Assembly: GCA_018402235.1 (NCBI GenBank)
Contig: JAGYJJ010000005.1
Span: 258,219 to 322,218, forward strand
Length of the DNA: 64,000 nucleotides
Source of the DNA: Candidatus Nanopelagicales bacterium
Lineage (GTDB): Bacteria; Actinomycetota; Actinomycetes; S36-B12
Direction of reading: 5' to 3'
In this document: positions 19,907-29,740 of the stretch, piece after piece
Layout of the letters: each line of letters begins with the position of its first letter
How positions within the stretch are numbered: position 1 is the first letter of the stretch
Translations under genes and position numbers: made by a program
The notes under the pieces: generated by a model
The model's database searches: none
Told to the model about the DNA's origin: nothing
Seen by the model: only the letters and a program-made list of their open reading frames with translations

Positions 19907-20695
19907 CTAGACAACCTCAGTGGGCTCCGACAGCCCCCTGACAAGTGAGTAGACGTGTGTTCGGAGTTCAGCAAATCGTGGATCGTTTCTCGTCTCAATC
20001 TGAGAGCGAGGGAAATTGATATCAACGGAAACTACCTCGCGCACCCCTGCCGGCTTTCCGTAAAGGACGACCACTTCGTCACTCAAGTAGACAGCTTCAT
20101 CAATATCATGCGTGACCATAAGTGTCGTTATACCAAAGTCCTTCCTGACCTTCAGTACTAGATCTTCTAGATCGAAGCGCGTCTGAGCATCAACCGATGC
20201 GAACGGCTCATCCATAATCAGTAGATCCGGTCGTGTGGCAAGTGCCCGGGCAATAGCAACACGTTGCTGCATGCCTCCAGAGAGTTGCCACGGGTAACTC
20301 TTTTCCGTGCCCTCCAATCCGACCTCGGCTAAAGACTCACGAACACGTGCGCTCAGCTCCGATTTAGCGATCCTCTTCTTGCGTAACGGCAAACTAATGT
20401 TCTTCTCAACGGTCAACCAAGGCATAAGAGAACGTGTGTAGTCCTGGAGAACAACCGCTAGCCCATCGGGTGGGCCCTCAATAGCCGAGCCACGGACTTG
20501 AACGGTTCCCCCCGTCGGCTTAGTAAGTCCTGTCAAGATTCGCAAAAGAGTTGTCTTGCCCACTCCCGAAGGACCCACTATGGCAACAAAAAGCCCAGGG
20601 GTGACGCTGTAGGAGACGTTGCGCAGCACATCTTTTGTCCCTGTCGGCGTCTCGAAGGACATGCTCACATCCGAGATCGTGATTCCTATGCTCAT
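19907..20695 (-). CDS. NitT/TauT-family (sulfonate/nitrate/taurine-type) ABC transporter ATP-binding protein
   Basis: ORF track, 262 aa. Walker [10 protein letters not shown], signature [14 protein letters not shown], Walker [12 protein letters not shown]. Confidence 0.9.
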   Translation of the reverse strand: MSIGITISDVSMSFETPTGTKDVLRNVSYSVTPGLFVAIVGPSGVGKTTLLRILTGLTKPTGGTVQVRGSAIEGPPDGLAVVLQDYTRSLMPWLTVEKNISLPLRKKRIAKSELSARVRESLAEVGLEGTEKSYPWQLSGGMQQRVAIARALATRPDLLIMDEPFASVDAQTRFDLEDLVLKVRKDFGITTLMVTHDIDEAVYLSDEVVVLYGKPAGVREVVSVDINFPRSQIETRNDPRFAELRTHVYSLVRGLSEPTEVV

Positions 20696-20707
20696 TGAGA
20701 CAACTCC

Positions 20708-21487
20708 TCAGACAATCTTTTTCTGACCGTAATACCAGCGCAATGTGAATCTTTCCACGATGTCGAAGACCACGTTTATCAAGTAGCCAAGAAGCCCCAT
20801 CAGGATCACACCAGTCCAGGCATCCAGAATCAGAAACGACTCCGTTGCAATAAGAGTAAATGATCCGATACCAAATCCGGACCCGAGGAATTCAGATGCG
20901 ATAGTGACGATAAAGGCGATCTGGAGCCCGAGTTGTAGACCGGAGAAGATGAGCGGTAGCGCACCCGGTAGCCGTACTCGCCACAGTTGCTGAGACTTCG
21001 ACAGATGGAAGACCCGAGCAGTCTCCACTTGAACCACGTCCGCCGACCGTACACCTTGGATAGTGGCAATGAGAATCGGCATAGTCGCAGCAACTGTGAT
21101 CGAGGCTACCCGCATTGCTATGTCTAAACCGAAGATCACGATGAAGATCGGCACGGTCGCAACAGCAGGTATCGAGCGGACAAAGTCGATAATCGGTTCC
21201 GCATACTTGATGCCTGTACGAGATCCACCAATGAGGGTGCCCAAGACTATTCCAATCAGGCATGCGAGTGCATATCCCAATATAAAATTGCGGAGGCTGG
21301 GAAAGACAGTTACGACGAACTCCTGAGAGAACCACAACTCGGTGAAGCGCTCCAGGATCAGTGACAACGGAGGGAAATATGGGTTGGCTGATTCCGCGGA
21401 GAGTGTCCACCACGCGTAGATAATCGTCACTGGGATCCAGGCGCCAATGAGCACTATGAGAATTCTTCGCCACCATGTCATGATCAT
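20708..21487 (-). CDS. NitT/TauT-family ABC transporter permease
   Basis: ORF track, 259 aa, polytopic membrane protein. Overlaps the upstream permease gene by 4 nt. Confidence 0.85.
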   Translation of the reverse strand: MIMTWWRRILIVLIGAWIPVTIIYAWWTLSAESANPYFPPLSLILERFTELWFSQEFVVTVFPSLRNFILGYALACLIGIVLGTLIGGSRTGIKYAEPIIDFVRSIPAVATVPIFIVIFGLDIAMRVASITVAATMPILIATIQGVRSADVVQVETARVFHLSKSQQLWRVRLPGALPLIFSGLQLGLQIAFIVTIASEFLGSGFGIGSFTLIATESFLILDAWTGVILMGLLGYLINVVFDIVERFTLRWYYGQKKIV

Positions 21488-22233
21488 GTTGGCATCCAGA
21501 AGATCGCCTTGCGCTGCGTCCAGATTACGACCCTGGAAACCGCAATTCCTATGACGCCCAGTACGAAGACAGTCGCGAAGGTACGCGGATCATCTCCCGA
21601 TGCCTGCGAGAGCAGGATGGACTTGCCCAATCCGGGGGCACCTCCAATGAGTCCTGCGACGATCGATACGACAAGGGCAGCCGAAGCCGAAAGACGAACA
21701 CCCACAGCGATATACGGACCGGCGCTGGGCAATCGTGCGTATCTGATTTGCTTCCACGTGCTCATCCCGTAACACCGCATAGTCTCAAGGAGAACAGCAT
21801 CTGCATCTCTTACACCGAGGCCAGTTTGAATCGACATGGCGAATACCAAGGTGAAGACGATGAGGAATATGCCCATTTGCATGGTGGGACCCAGAACAAG
21901 TATCACAATGGGGATGATCACGATTGGTGGAATGACTTTGAAGAAGTCAAAGGTGAACTTCGTCGATCGCCAAGCGAAGCGTGACAGTCCGATCAGGACA
22001 CCCAGTGGAATCGCAAGTCCCATAGCTATTACAAATCCCGCGACAGCCATCTGGATGGTTTCCCATAGCCGAATGTAGAACTGTGCAGACGTCAGTTCCG
22101 TTACTAATGCTCCTGCTGTCTCAGTAACGCTAGGAATTGAGAGATTAGCCAACGGCCCAACACTCGTAGCAAGCTGCCACAACGCTAGTGCGGCTACAAC
22201 CGAAACGACGGCAGGCGGCACAGGTCCCAGCAC
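21484..22233 (-). CDS. NitT/TauT-family ABC transporter permease (second subunit)
   Basis: ORF track, 249 aa, polytopic. Paralogous to the downstream permease. Confidence 0.85.
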   Translation of the reverse strand: MLGPVPPAVVSVVAALALWQLATSVGPLANLSIPSVTETAGALVTELTSAQFYIRLWETIQMAVAGFVIAMGLAIPLGVLIGLSRFAWRSTKFTFDFFKVIPPIVIIPIVILVLGPTMQMGIFLIVFTLVFAMSIQTGLGVRDADAVLLETMRCYGMSTWKQIRYARLPSAGPYIAVGVRLSASAALVVSIVAGLIGGAPGLGKSILLSQASGDDPRTFATVFVLGVIGIAVSRVVIWTQRKAIFWMPT

Positions 22234-22323
22234 AGAGGAACGCGATGCGCTGCTCAGCTCATTCTCCTTTGCCTAGTCACGCTGATGGCCGGGCCCGCAT
22301 CTGGGCCCGGCCATCAGCTACCG

Positions 22324-23352
22324 CTAGCGACGGGGCCGATACTGCTTTTGAAGAAGTCCCGCTACGTCAGCCTTCTTGGACAAGAAGCCAAGATCCAGCA
22401 TCTTCTGCGCGGGTCTCGTGACATCAACGCGCGTCACGTAGAGAGGGTAAGTAGGCGGGTTAGCCGCTAGGGCAACCGCTGGCGACACTTCAGTGATCTT
22501 TGTTGATGCCCGCAAGACCCTGTTCATATTCGCCTTCGACTTCATCGCGTATTGGTGCACCTCGAACATGCTCTTCTGGAATCCGGTTACCACCTTCGGA
22601 TTAGCCTTGGCGTAGGGAGCAGTGGTGACCCAAACGCCAATTGCGGTTTCAGTGTCGAAGAACTCCACGCCCGGACGCCCGACCGTCTTGAGTCCCTGCT
22701 TTTCACACTCGGTCACGAATGGTTCGACAGTAAAACCTGCATCAATCCGTCCGGATTTCACGGCATCGACCGCCTGGCCAGGAGGCAAGGTAGTCCACTT
22801 GATGGTCTTGGGATCTCCGCCATCATTCTTCACTGCAGCGACTATGGTTACTTCCGCTTGTGCGCCACGGGCGGGCACGGCAACCGTCAGTTCCTCCAGA
22901 TCCCGCCACCGATTAATTCCTTTTGATGGCGAGGCACAGACACCAGTGTCGTCCAACTGAGCTGCAATCTTGGGATCCGTCTTGGCAGCTACCAGGACCG
23001 ATCGCGAGTAGCCATCAGCTGGGGCCACGATTCGCAGGTCGACTCCTGCATTCTCATAAGCGTTGACGGCGGGAATCGTGGGCGTGTAGGTGAATTGGAC
23101 CGCTCCCGACGCAACGGCAGCGATTCCTGGCGGCGGTGCCGGGAAGACGACGACTTCAGTCACGTTTATGCCGTTTTTTCTAAAGATTCCACTGTCGATC
23201 GCATACTGCAACGCACCCGTTGAGTTGATCGCGACGACACCTACCTTGATGTCCGTGGCTGCTTGAGCCACTGCCGCAGCCACCGACAAGCCAAGTGCCG
23301 CGGTGGCCCCTGATGCGGCGACAGCCACGAACCGACGAATTGATCTACGCAC
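22324..23352 (-). CDS. NMT1/SsuA/TauA-like ABC substrate-binding protein with Tat-like signal
   Basis: ORF track, 342 aa. GTG start after an AGGAGGA RBS. Signal MRRSIRRFVAVAASGATAALGLSVAAAVAQA. Confidence 0.8.
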   Translation of the reverse strand: MRRSIRRFVAVAASGATAALGLSVAAAVAQAATDIKVGVVAINSTGALQYAIDSGIFRKNGINVTEVVVFPAPPPGIAAVASGAVQFTYTPTIPAVNAYENAGVDLRIVAPADGYSRSVLVAAKTDPKIAAQLDDTGVCASPSKGINRWRDLEELTVAVPARGAQAEVTIVAAVKNDGGDPKTIKWTTLPPGQAVDAVKSGRIDAGFTVEPFVTECEKQGLKTVGRPGVEFFDTETAIGVWVTTAPYAKANPKVVTGFQKSMFEVHQYAMKSKANMNRVLRASTKITEVSPAVALAANPPTYPLYVTRVDVTRPAQKMLDLGFLSKKADVAGLLQKQYRPRR

Positions 23353-23469
23353 GGGCTCCTCCTAATGTCCCTTCACAGCCGGACCCTACGACCGACCACG
23401 CTGGGGGAACGTTAGCAACCGAATGAACTCCAGGGGATGCTTTTACAAACAATCGGCAAACTGGTGGGC

Positions 23470-25029
23470 TCAGGCGGCATAGAAGGGGATTCGCGAGGAA
23501 TCGAGTAGTTGGAGAACCTCCCGCAACAGCCCTTCTCGGCCCTGTGCAACGAACGCGGCCGCTGCCGGATCGCCAGCGAGATTGACGGTCTCACTGGGAT
23601 CCGCACGAAGATCGAAACATTCGGATATCCCGTGCCCCACAATCTCTGTCAGCCTGAGATCGTGGGTCACGAATGTTCGCATGCGAACCGGTCCAGGGAG
23701 ATTGTCCAGCCCGAATGGCTGATCCTCTTCAATAACTAGGCCGCGACGATCCCACTCGGATACTTCGTTAAGTAACGGGACCAACGAGCGGCCCTGTACG
23801 GCCGGTAACGAGGGGAGGTTCGCCAATTCCACAATCGTGGGTGCGATATCTGCGCTACTGACCAGTTCATCTCGCGTGGTTGGTGCGACTCCCGGCACAC
23901 GCAGGATCAACGGCACTCGAGTCACTCCGCGATAGTGGGTGAAGTGCTTCAGCATTAACCCGTGGTCACCGAACACATCACCATGATCCGCCGTGAAAAT
24001 GACGATCGTGTCCTCAGTGAGCCCCAGGGAGTCGATGGCCCCAAGAATTCGTCCCACTGAGTCGTCAAGGAACTCGATACTCCCCAATTCAGCAGCCAAA
24101 GCATGGCGAAACTGCTGTTCCGTTGGAGCCCATGTCATTGTCGGATCTTCATTCGGGAAGCCGCGATTCTCGATAATCGTCTTGACGTAGTCAGGCGAAC
24201 CGACGTGTTCGTCGAAAAAAGTTTTCGGTAATGGCATTTCCCCTGGAGAGTGCCGGTGAAAATACTCACGCGGAGGCGCAAAAGGATGATGAGGGTCAGG
24301 AAAAGACACGTACAAGCAGAAAGCTTCATCGCGTTGAGCGAACTGCTCCAAACGCGAGATTGCTTCATCGGTGACGTACGTAGTCGGATGCAAATGGGCG
24401 GGTACAGCCGACTCGTACACCTGGCTCCATGCAGTCGAGACATCAGCCGAGGCCTGCACTCCAGCTTCAGTTATGGGATCAAATCCCCGATCGCGCGCCC
24501 ACTGAAGATAGTTTCCAGAGATGCGATCGCCATGCCCCACGGTTAAGGACACATCGTCAAAACCGTAATAATCAGGCGGAAGTGTGATCACTTCATTTGC
24601 ATGACGGTCGTAGTCTTCCCATGAGGTGAAGTTGTCACCGAAACTTGACATAGCTTGTGCCCAAAGGGCCGGCATCGCCTCTTGTATCTCCTCCTGCTGG
24701 AATTCCTCGAATGGCCATCCCATCGGCTGCAAGTGCAGTTTTCCAACCGCGGATGTTCTCCAGCCGTTCGCACGAAGACTCCGAACAAAGGTCTCCGCGT
24801 GCCAATCAAGGGGTAAACCATTTGTTCGCAAACCGTGCGCAGATGGCCACCGACCGGTCATGATCGTGGCCCTGTTCGGCATACAAACTGGATTTGCGAC
24901 GAACGCGCTGTTCATCACAACCGATCCAGCCGCCAACTCGTCGATATTTGGGGTGCGGACAGGCACCTGCTGCTCGAATCCGAGATGATCGGCTCTCAGC
25001 TGGTCAGCAATAATCACAACGATGTTCAA
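23470..25029 (-). CDS. Cys-type sulfatase (formylglycine-dependent)
   Basis: ORF track 23470..25116. The sulfatase signature PVCMPNRATIMTGR (C-x-P-x-R) is present. The preferred start is TTG 25029 (MNIVVIIADQL...) after an AAAGGGA RBS, 15 nt past the upstream stop. Confidence 0.85.
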   Translation of the reverse strand: MNIVVIIADQLRADHLGFEQQVPVRTPNIDELAAGSVVMNSAFVANPVCMPNRATIMTGRWPSAHGLRTNGLPLDWHAETFVRSLRANGWRTSAVGKLHLQPMGWPFEEFQQEEIQEAMPALWAQAMSSFGDNFTSWEDYDRHANEVITLPPDYYGFDDVSLTVGHGDRISGNYLQWARDRGFDPITEAGVQASADVSTAWSQVYESAVPAHLHPTTYVTDEAISRLEQFAQRDEAFCLYVSFPDPHHPFAPPREYFHRHSPGEMPLPKTFFDEHVGSPDYVKTIIENRGFPNEDPTMTWAPTEQQFRHALAAELGSIEFLDDSVGRILGAIDSLGLTEDTIVIFTADHGDVFGDHGLMLKHFTHYRGVTRVPLILRVPGVAPTTRDELVSSADIAPTIVELANLPSLPAVQGRSLVPLLNEVSEWDRRGLVIEEDQPFGLDNLPGPVRMRTFVTHDLRLTEIVGHGISECFDLRADPSETVNLAGDPAAAAFVAQGREGLLREVLQLLDSSRIPFYAA

Positions 25030-25043
25030 CGGGCCATTCCCTT

Positions 25044-26702
25044 TCAGTCCAGTCCGCCATATACCCACGTGCCACCAATGGCCGTACCGGCGATCGGTAC
25101 TTCCGGTAGTGACCAAGGATCTGACCAGTCAATCCGCTCATCCATGACGACAAAATCTGCAACTTGCCCCACGGCTAACTGCCCGCGCCACGACTCGGCC
25201 CCACTTTGCCACGCCGCATTGTGAGTGAGGCTCAAGATCGCCTCCTTGGCAGTCAGCTTCTCCGCATCGCTTCGCTGCGGATCATCTTTCCAAGCTCTGG
25301 TCATCGCAGCAGCAACCATGACCCGCCAATCCGGAGGAGACACGGGTGCATCAGACGATGAACACACGTTTACCCCGATGTCCCAGGCGGTCCGGAGTCG
25401 TTGACGACTGTTATTCCTAGCCTCTCCCACGATAGGTGCGACGCGGCCTCCGACCGACCAGCGGATGCTCGGATTCGCGTTCAATGTGATACCTAATTCC
25501 CGCATACGGTGGAGATCCTCGTCGATAACGAAGTCGCCGTGGATGATGTAGTGCCTCAGCGATGTATTCAGTGGCTTGATGTTGGCAAGGCCATCGACCA
25601 CTGTAGAAATCGCCCGATCTCCGATGGTGTGCAAGCCAATCTGCCATCCACGACTCGAAGCCTCAAACAGCATCTGATCGAGTTCGGCAACCCGCTCCTC
25701 ATCTGATGCACCCTCAACCTGAAGACGGCCATGCGTGCAATCGTCGTAGGGCTCAGCCATCCAGGCCGTCCGGCTGCGGGGAATACCATCGGCGAAAATC
25801 TTGACCTGGCTGATGCCTAGGTGACCGCCAGGGGGCATGGGTTCTGGGGGCCCAAATGCATCCAGCCCCGACGCAACATCGCGAGCGGTGGAGCCACCTA
25901 GTCCGCCGTACAGCAACATGATGTCAACACGAACCTTCAGTTGATCCGCTTCCGCCAGAGTTCGATACGCCTGGACAGCTTCGAGGTCTCCTGTCCCGTC
26001 CATCAAAGTGTCCGCGCCAGGTCCCAATCCAGGATCGGTGTAGGCAACAACCCCCTGGCTCCACAGACTCTCTTGGGCAGCTAGCACCGCCTCACGCTTC
26101 GCACTGACTGCCAAGGCAGGAATCGCCTCATTAATGCGAGCGACCGCAGACTCGTACAGCAACCCCGACGGCGTGCCATCTGTGTAGCGAATGAATCGAC
26201 CACCCTTGGGATCTGGGACCAATTTCCCGAGCATTCCTGCAACTTCCAATGCCTTGGAGTTGCACAAGGCCTGGTGCCCAGTCACATCGGACAGGACTAC
26301 CGGAACATCAGGACAGGCAGCGTCGATATCTCGTGCCGTGACGGTCCCGTTTGGCCCTGAGCCCTTCACAACAGTGTCGTCCCACCCGATTCCTCTAATC
26401 CAGCCCGTCTCTTCCACCTGCGCTCGGGAAACGACTGCTCGAAGTGTTTCCAGATCGGGAGCGTTTCGGGTGGAGACATCGACAGCAGTTAACGATCGTC
26501 CGTACTCGTAACCGTGCAGGTGGGAGTCCTCTATTCCTGGAAGGAGCGTCCGTCCGCCGCAGTCCACGACTCTTTTGGCCTCAACTGCAGACTCATCGGT
26601 CCAGTGAGCGACAACTCTGCCGTGGGATATCCCAACAGCCTTAACGTCGGGATGCCAAGGCGAACAATCGACGTTGGAGAGGGCCAGTTCAATGTGAACC
26701 AT
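25044..26702 (-). CDS. amidohydrolase-3 family metal-dependent hydrolase (YtcJ-like)
   Basis: ORF track 25044..26933. ATG 26702 (MVHIELALSN...) avoids overlap with the upstream gene. HxH metal motif (EDSHLHG). Confidence 0.8.
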   Translation of the reverse strand: MVHIELALSNVDCSPWHPDVKAVGISHGRVVAHWTDESAVEAKRVVDCGGRTLLPGIEDSHLHGYEYGRSLTAVDVSTRNAPDLETLRAVVSRAQVEETGWIRGIGWDDTVVKGSGPNGTVTARDIDAACPDVPVVLSDVTGHQALCNSKALEVAGMLGKLVPDPKGGRFIRYTDGTPSGLLYESAVARINEAIPALAVSAKREAVLAAQESLWSQGVVAYTDPGLGPGADTLMDGTGDLEAVQAYRTLAEADQLKVRVDIMLLYGGLGGSTARDVASGLDAFGPPEPMPPGGHLGISQVKIFADGIPRSRTAWMAEPYDDCTHGRLQVEGASDEERVAELDQMLFEASSRGWQIGLHTIGDRAISTVVDGLANIKPLNTSLRHYIIHGDFVIDEDLHRMRELGITLNANPSIRWSVGGRVAPIVGEARNNSRQRLRTAWDIGVNVCSSSDAPVSPPDWRVMVAAAMTRAWKDDPQRSDAEKLTAKEAILSLTHNAAWQSGAESWRGQLAVGQVADFVVMDERIDWSDPWSLPEVPIAGTAIGGTWVYGGLD

Positions 26703-26746
26703 GGCAGCGAACCCTACAGACCTCCTTGTCGAGGAAGCCGGTGAAC

Positions 26747-28396
26747 TCAGATTCCGATCAACGTGCGCAAATGACGCGGTGCCGGTGAGCCGTGGGACAA
26801 CATCAAATCGTGCACTTGCTGATCGCTCCAATCCGGATGGAGCACCCGAAGGTCGTCGGAAATCGACTTCATCGCTCGGTAACCCACAAAGTAGGTCGGC
26901 AGTTGACCAGCGGTGAGCAGTGCCCGACGCCACTTACCTACTGCTTCGCCTTCTTCTTGGAAACCGCGAAAGGTCATCAGCCGCAGACCCTCTTCCTCGG
27001 TCATGTCCATCGAGTGCACGCGGATATCCAAGATGGTGTTGATTGCCATACGCGCTTGCATCTTTAACTGCTGGAGGCGGATTGCCAGTGCCGAACGCCG
27101 GGACGTTTCAGGGGAGTAGCCGCGGTCAAGTAACAACTCCTCGGCATAAACCGCCCACCCCTCGACGAACACACCACTGAATCCGAAACGTCGAACACGC
27201 GTGGGTGTCTGCAATCCGGCGGCGTGCGCTAGCTGCAGAACATGGCCCGGCATCGCTTCATGAATCGTGAGGTCGTGCAACAAAGTGGAGTTGTACTCGC
27301 GGTAGAAGGACGCGATCTGCTGGGCATCCCATGCAGCCGGAGTGGGTGATACCGCCACGTAGGTCGGCACGGCCACTGATTCCAGCGGCCCGGGTGCATC
27401 ACAGTAGGCAACAGCCACACCCCGATGGATCTCCGGCATCTCAATGATCTCTGTTGTGACATCCGGCATCGAGACCAGTTGATGTGCGCGAACAAACTCG
27501 GTGGTCCTTTCCAAAGCTTGCGACACAATCTCCAGTACCGAGTCATCACTTACCGGTGAAGTGAGAGCCACAGACTCCAGTGCTCGACGCACCACCTTGT
27601 CCGCGTGCACCGATTCTTCGAGGTACTCGGCGGCAACTTCCCGCATCTGCTCAGTAACGTGATCCAGATGGGTCTCGGCATCACGCAGGAGATGACTCGC
27701 GTTCGTGGCATCGTCTAACACGTGCCATAAAACGCCGGCATACGTTCGCTGATTGAGCCGGGGGCTTCGAGTGGCTTCGTGGAGGCGTTCCTCCAACCAC
27801 GCCAGCTGCTCATCAACCGCATCGATAGCTGTCTGAAGCGCGGCGGGAACCCCACCTCCCTGCTCGCGACACTGCTGAGGAATGTGACCTTCCATCAGTT
27901 GTCGAGTTCCCGTTAGTTGCGCAATAGCTGTTTCAACATGGACCTGCGGCATCGACGTGAGCGTGGTTCGTGCCTGTGCGAGGAAGTTGGGCACTTCAGT
28001 AAGTCGCCCTTCGATACTGGCTAGTCGCTCAGCCCACGGGGCAAAATCTCGCGACATCAGCAGATGCAAGGCGGTACCCGGGTTCCACACCATCGGGTTC
28101 CATTCCGTTGCTCGCAATTCCTCGATCTCGAAGGCCTCTCGCTGCATCCGGGACCGGAGAATCTCTAAATCGACGAGGTCCACCACGTCAAGTTCAACGT
28201 CGTCCACAGCATCGATCGCGGTGAGTTGGTTATCAATCGAGCGCGCCCGGGCATCTACGGCGGCCAACGAATAGTCGGGTAAACGGGTATCGAAGCGGTG
28301 ATCTCCCAGCCACGTGGCTGCTACCGGATCGGCCTCGAGTGCGGAATCTACGCACTGTTCGGCAAGGAGTCGAAATCCACGAGTCGCTTCGTTCAC
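26747..28396 (-). CDS. DUF885-family protein (putative metallopeptidase-like)
   Basis: ORF track 26747..28471. GTG 28396 overlaps the mazG stop (GTGA). The conserved HEAMPGHVLQ motif is typical of DUF885. Confidence 0.75.
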   Translation of the reverse strand: MNEATRGFRLLAEQCVDSALEADPVAATWLGDHRFDTRLPDYSLAAVDARARSIDNQLTAIDAVDDVELDVVDLVDLEILRSRMQREAFEIEELRATEWNPMVWNPGTALHLLMSRDFAPWAERLASIEGRLTEVPNFLAQARTTLTSMPQVHVETAIAQLTGTRQLMEGHIPQQCREQGGGVPAALQTAIDAVDEQLAWLEERLHEATRSPRLNQRTYAGVLWHVLDDATNASHLLRDAETHLDHVTEQMREVAAEYLEESVHADKVVRRALESVALTSPVSDDSVLEIVSQALERTTEFVRAHQLVSMPDVTTEIIEMPEIHRGVAVAYCDAPGPLESVAVPTYVAVSPTPAAWDAQQIASFYREYNSTLLHDLTIHEAMPGHVLQLAHAAGLQTPTRVRRFGFSGVFVEGWAVYAEELLLDRGYSPETSRRSALAIRLQQLKMQARMAINTILDIRVHSMDMTEEEGLRLMTFRGFQEEGEAVGKWRRALLTAGQLPTYFVGYRAMKSISDDLRVLHPDWSDQQVHDLMLSHGSPAPRHLRTLIGI

Positions 28397-29085
28397 GGGG
28401 TCTGCTCCAGCCGGCGGATCCGTTCGATCCTGCGGCGTACGGCTTCCCGAAGCGCACCCTCGGCATCCCACTGCCGATCACGCGCGATCGATGCAAGCGT
28501 GAGCAGAAGGTCCCCGAATTGCTCCTCGGAAGGAATCGAATCCAGGATGCGCTCAGCGTCGTCTTCTCCTGGGAGAACCGGAAGCCGATCAGCCAGCGTT
28601 GCACTTCGGGCATGGACCTTGGCCGCGCGCAATAGTGCCGGAAGTTGCTCAGGAATTCCGTCGGTAACCGACGCTCGTCCCTTTTCCGCAGCCTTGAGTG
28701 CATGCCAATTCGCTTCAACTTTTTCCGCAGTGTCCGCATCAACATCCGCAAAAACGTGCGGATGACGACGGATCAACTTATCGACGATGCCCCGAGCTAC
28801 GTCGTCGATGTCCCAAGCTTCGTCTGCTCGCTCCTGCGCAATGCGCGCATGGAACACCACCTGTAGCAGGAGATCGCCGAGTTCCTCCCGCAGTCCGGCG
28901 TCGTCGCTCGTTTCGATTGCCTCTACCGTCTCGTACGCCTCTTCGACCAGGTACTCAACAAGACTTTCATGAGTTTGTCGGGCATCCCAGGGACAACCGC
29001 CCGGTGACCGTAATCGGTCCATCACCGCTACCAATTCCAGGAGTGTGGCTCCCCGGGTGTGATCTGGATCCGGCACGTTGGTCAC
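28393..29085 (-). CDS. mazG: nucleoside triphosphate pyrophosphohydrolase MazG
   Basis: ORF track, 230 aa. MazG motifs GCPWDARQTHESLVEYLVEEAYE and EELGDLLLQVVFHA. Confidence 0.9.
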   Translation of the reverse strand: MTNVPDPDHTRGATLLELVAVMDRLRSPGGCPWDARQTHESLVEYLVEEAYETVEAIETSDDAGLREELGDLLLQVVFHARIAQERADEAWDIDDVARGIVDKLIRRHPHVFADVDADTAEKVEANWHALKAAEKGRASVTDGIPEQLPALLRAAKVHARSATLADRLPVLPGEDDAERILDSIPSEEQFGDLLLTLASIARDRQWDAEGALREAVRRRIERIRRLEQTP

Positions 29086-29094
29086 GTGATGATG

Positions 29095-29709
29095 CTAGGA
29101 GTTGCTGCCGGGCACCGAGAGGTCGTTGCCGGTCGCGCCGATGGACAACGTGGCTGCGTCCCAGGAGCCATACCGAGGGCTGACGGTTGTGCCCACTTCC
29201 TGACTGAACTCCGCGACCGCAACGAGAACAGCCGTAGATTGCGCCTCGGGGCTACCCATGGGATCGAGTTCCATGCCCAACTTCTGGGCCAAAATGTTGA
29301 CTCGGAAGAGGTCCTTGATGCTTTCCGGGGCGAGATCTTGCTCCAAGAGCAACTCCTCGAATGCTTCCTGGCCACCTGTTGCCTCGGCGTAGTTGGCCAA
29401 GGTTGCGTCCAATTCCCCTTGGGTAACCTCCACGTTCTCCTGCGCAGCGAATTGATCCACCAAGCTTGTGGTGATCATCCGATCGAGGGTGGTCACCACC
29501 AATGCTTCGGATGATGAATCCACCGGGCGTCCTTGGGCCTGCAGCACCTGCTCGACCTTCTGCGTCAACTGCCGCTCGGAGATTCGGTCGCCTCCTACAA
29601 CTGCCGCCGCTCCGGGGGACGCTGAGCCACAACCGCTCACGAGGGCGGCCACCATGGCCACCGCACCCACAAGAGTCCACTGCTTGTTGCTCACCATCGA
29701 CTGTTCCAT
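29095..29709 (-). CDS. SurA N-terminal-domain-like lipoprotein
   Basis: ORF track, 204 aa. Lipobox LVSGCG. It occupies the conserved actinobacterial position between mfd and mazG. Confidence 0.55.
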   Translation of the reverse strand: MEQSMVSNKQWTLVGAVAMVAALVSGCGSASPGAAAVVGGDRISERQLTQKVEQVLQAQGRPVDSSSEALVVTTLDRMITTSLVDQFAAQENVEVTQGELDATLANYAEATGGQEAFEELLLEQDLAPESIKDLFRVNILAQKLGMELDPMGSPEAQSTAVLVAVAEFSQEVGTTVSPRYGSWDAATLSIGATGNDLSVPGSNS

Positions 29710-29740
29710 CTCCCGGAATCGTGTGTGCTGTTCTACTCGC

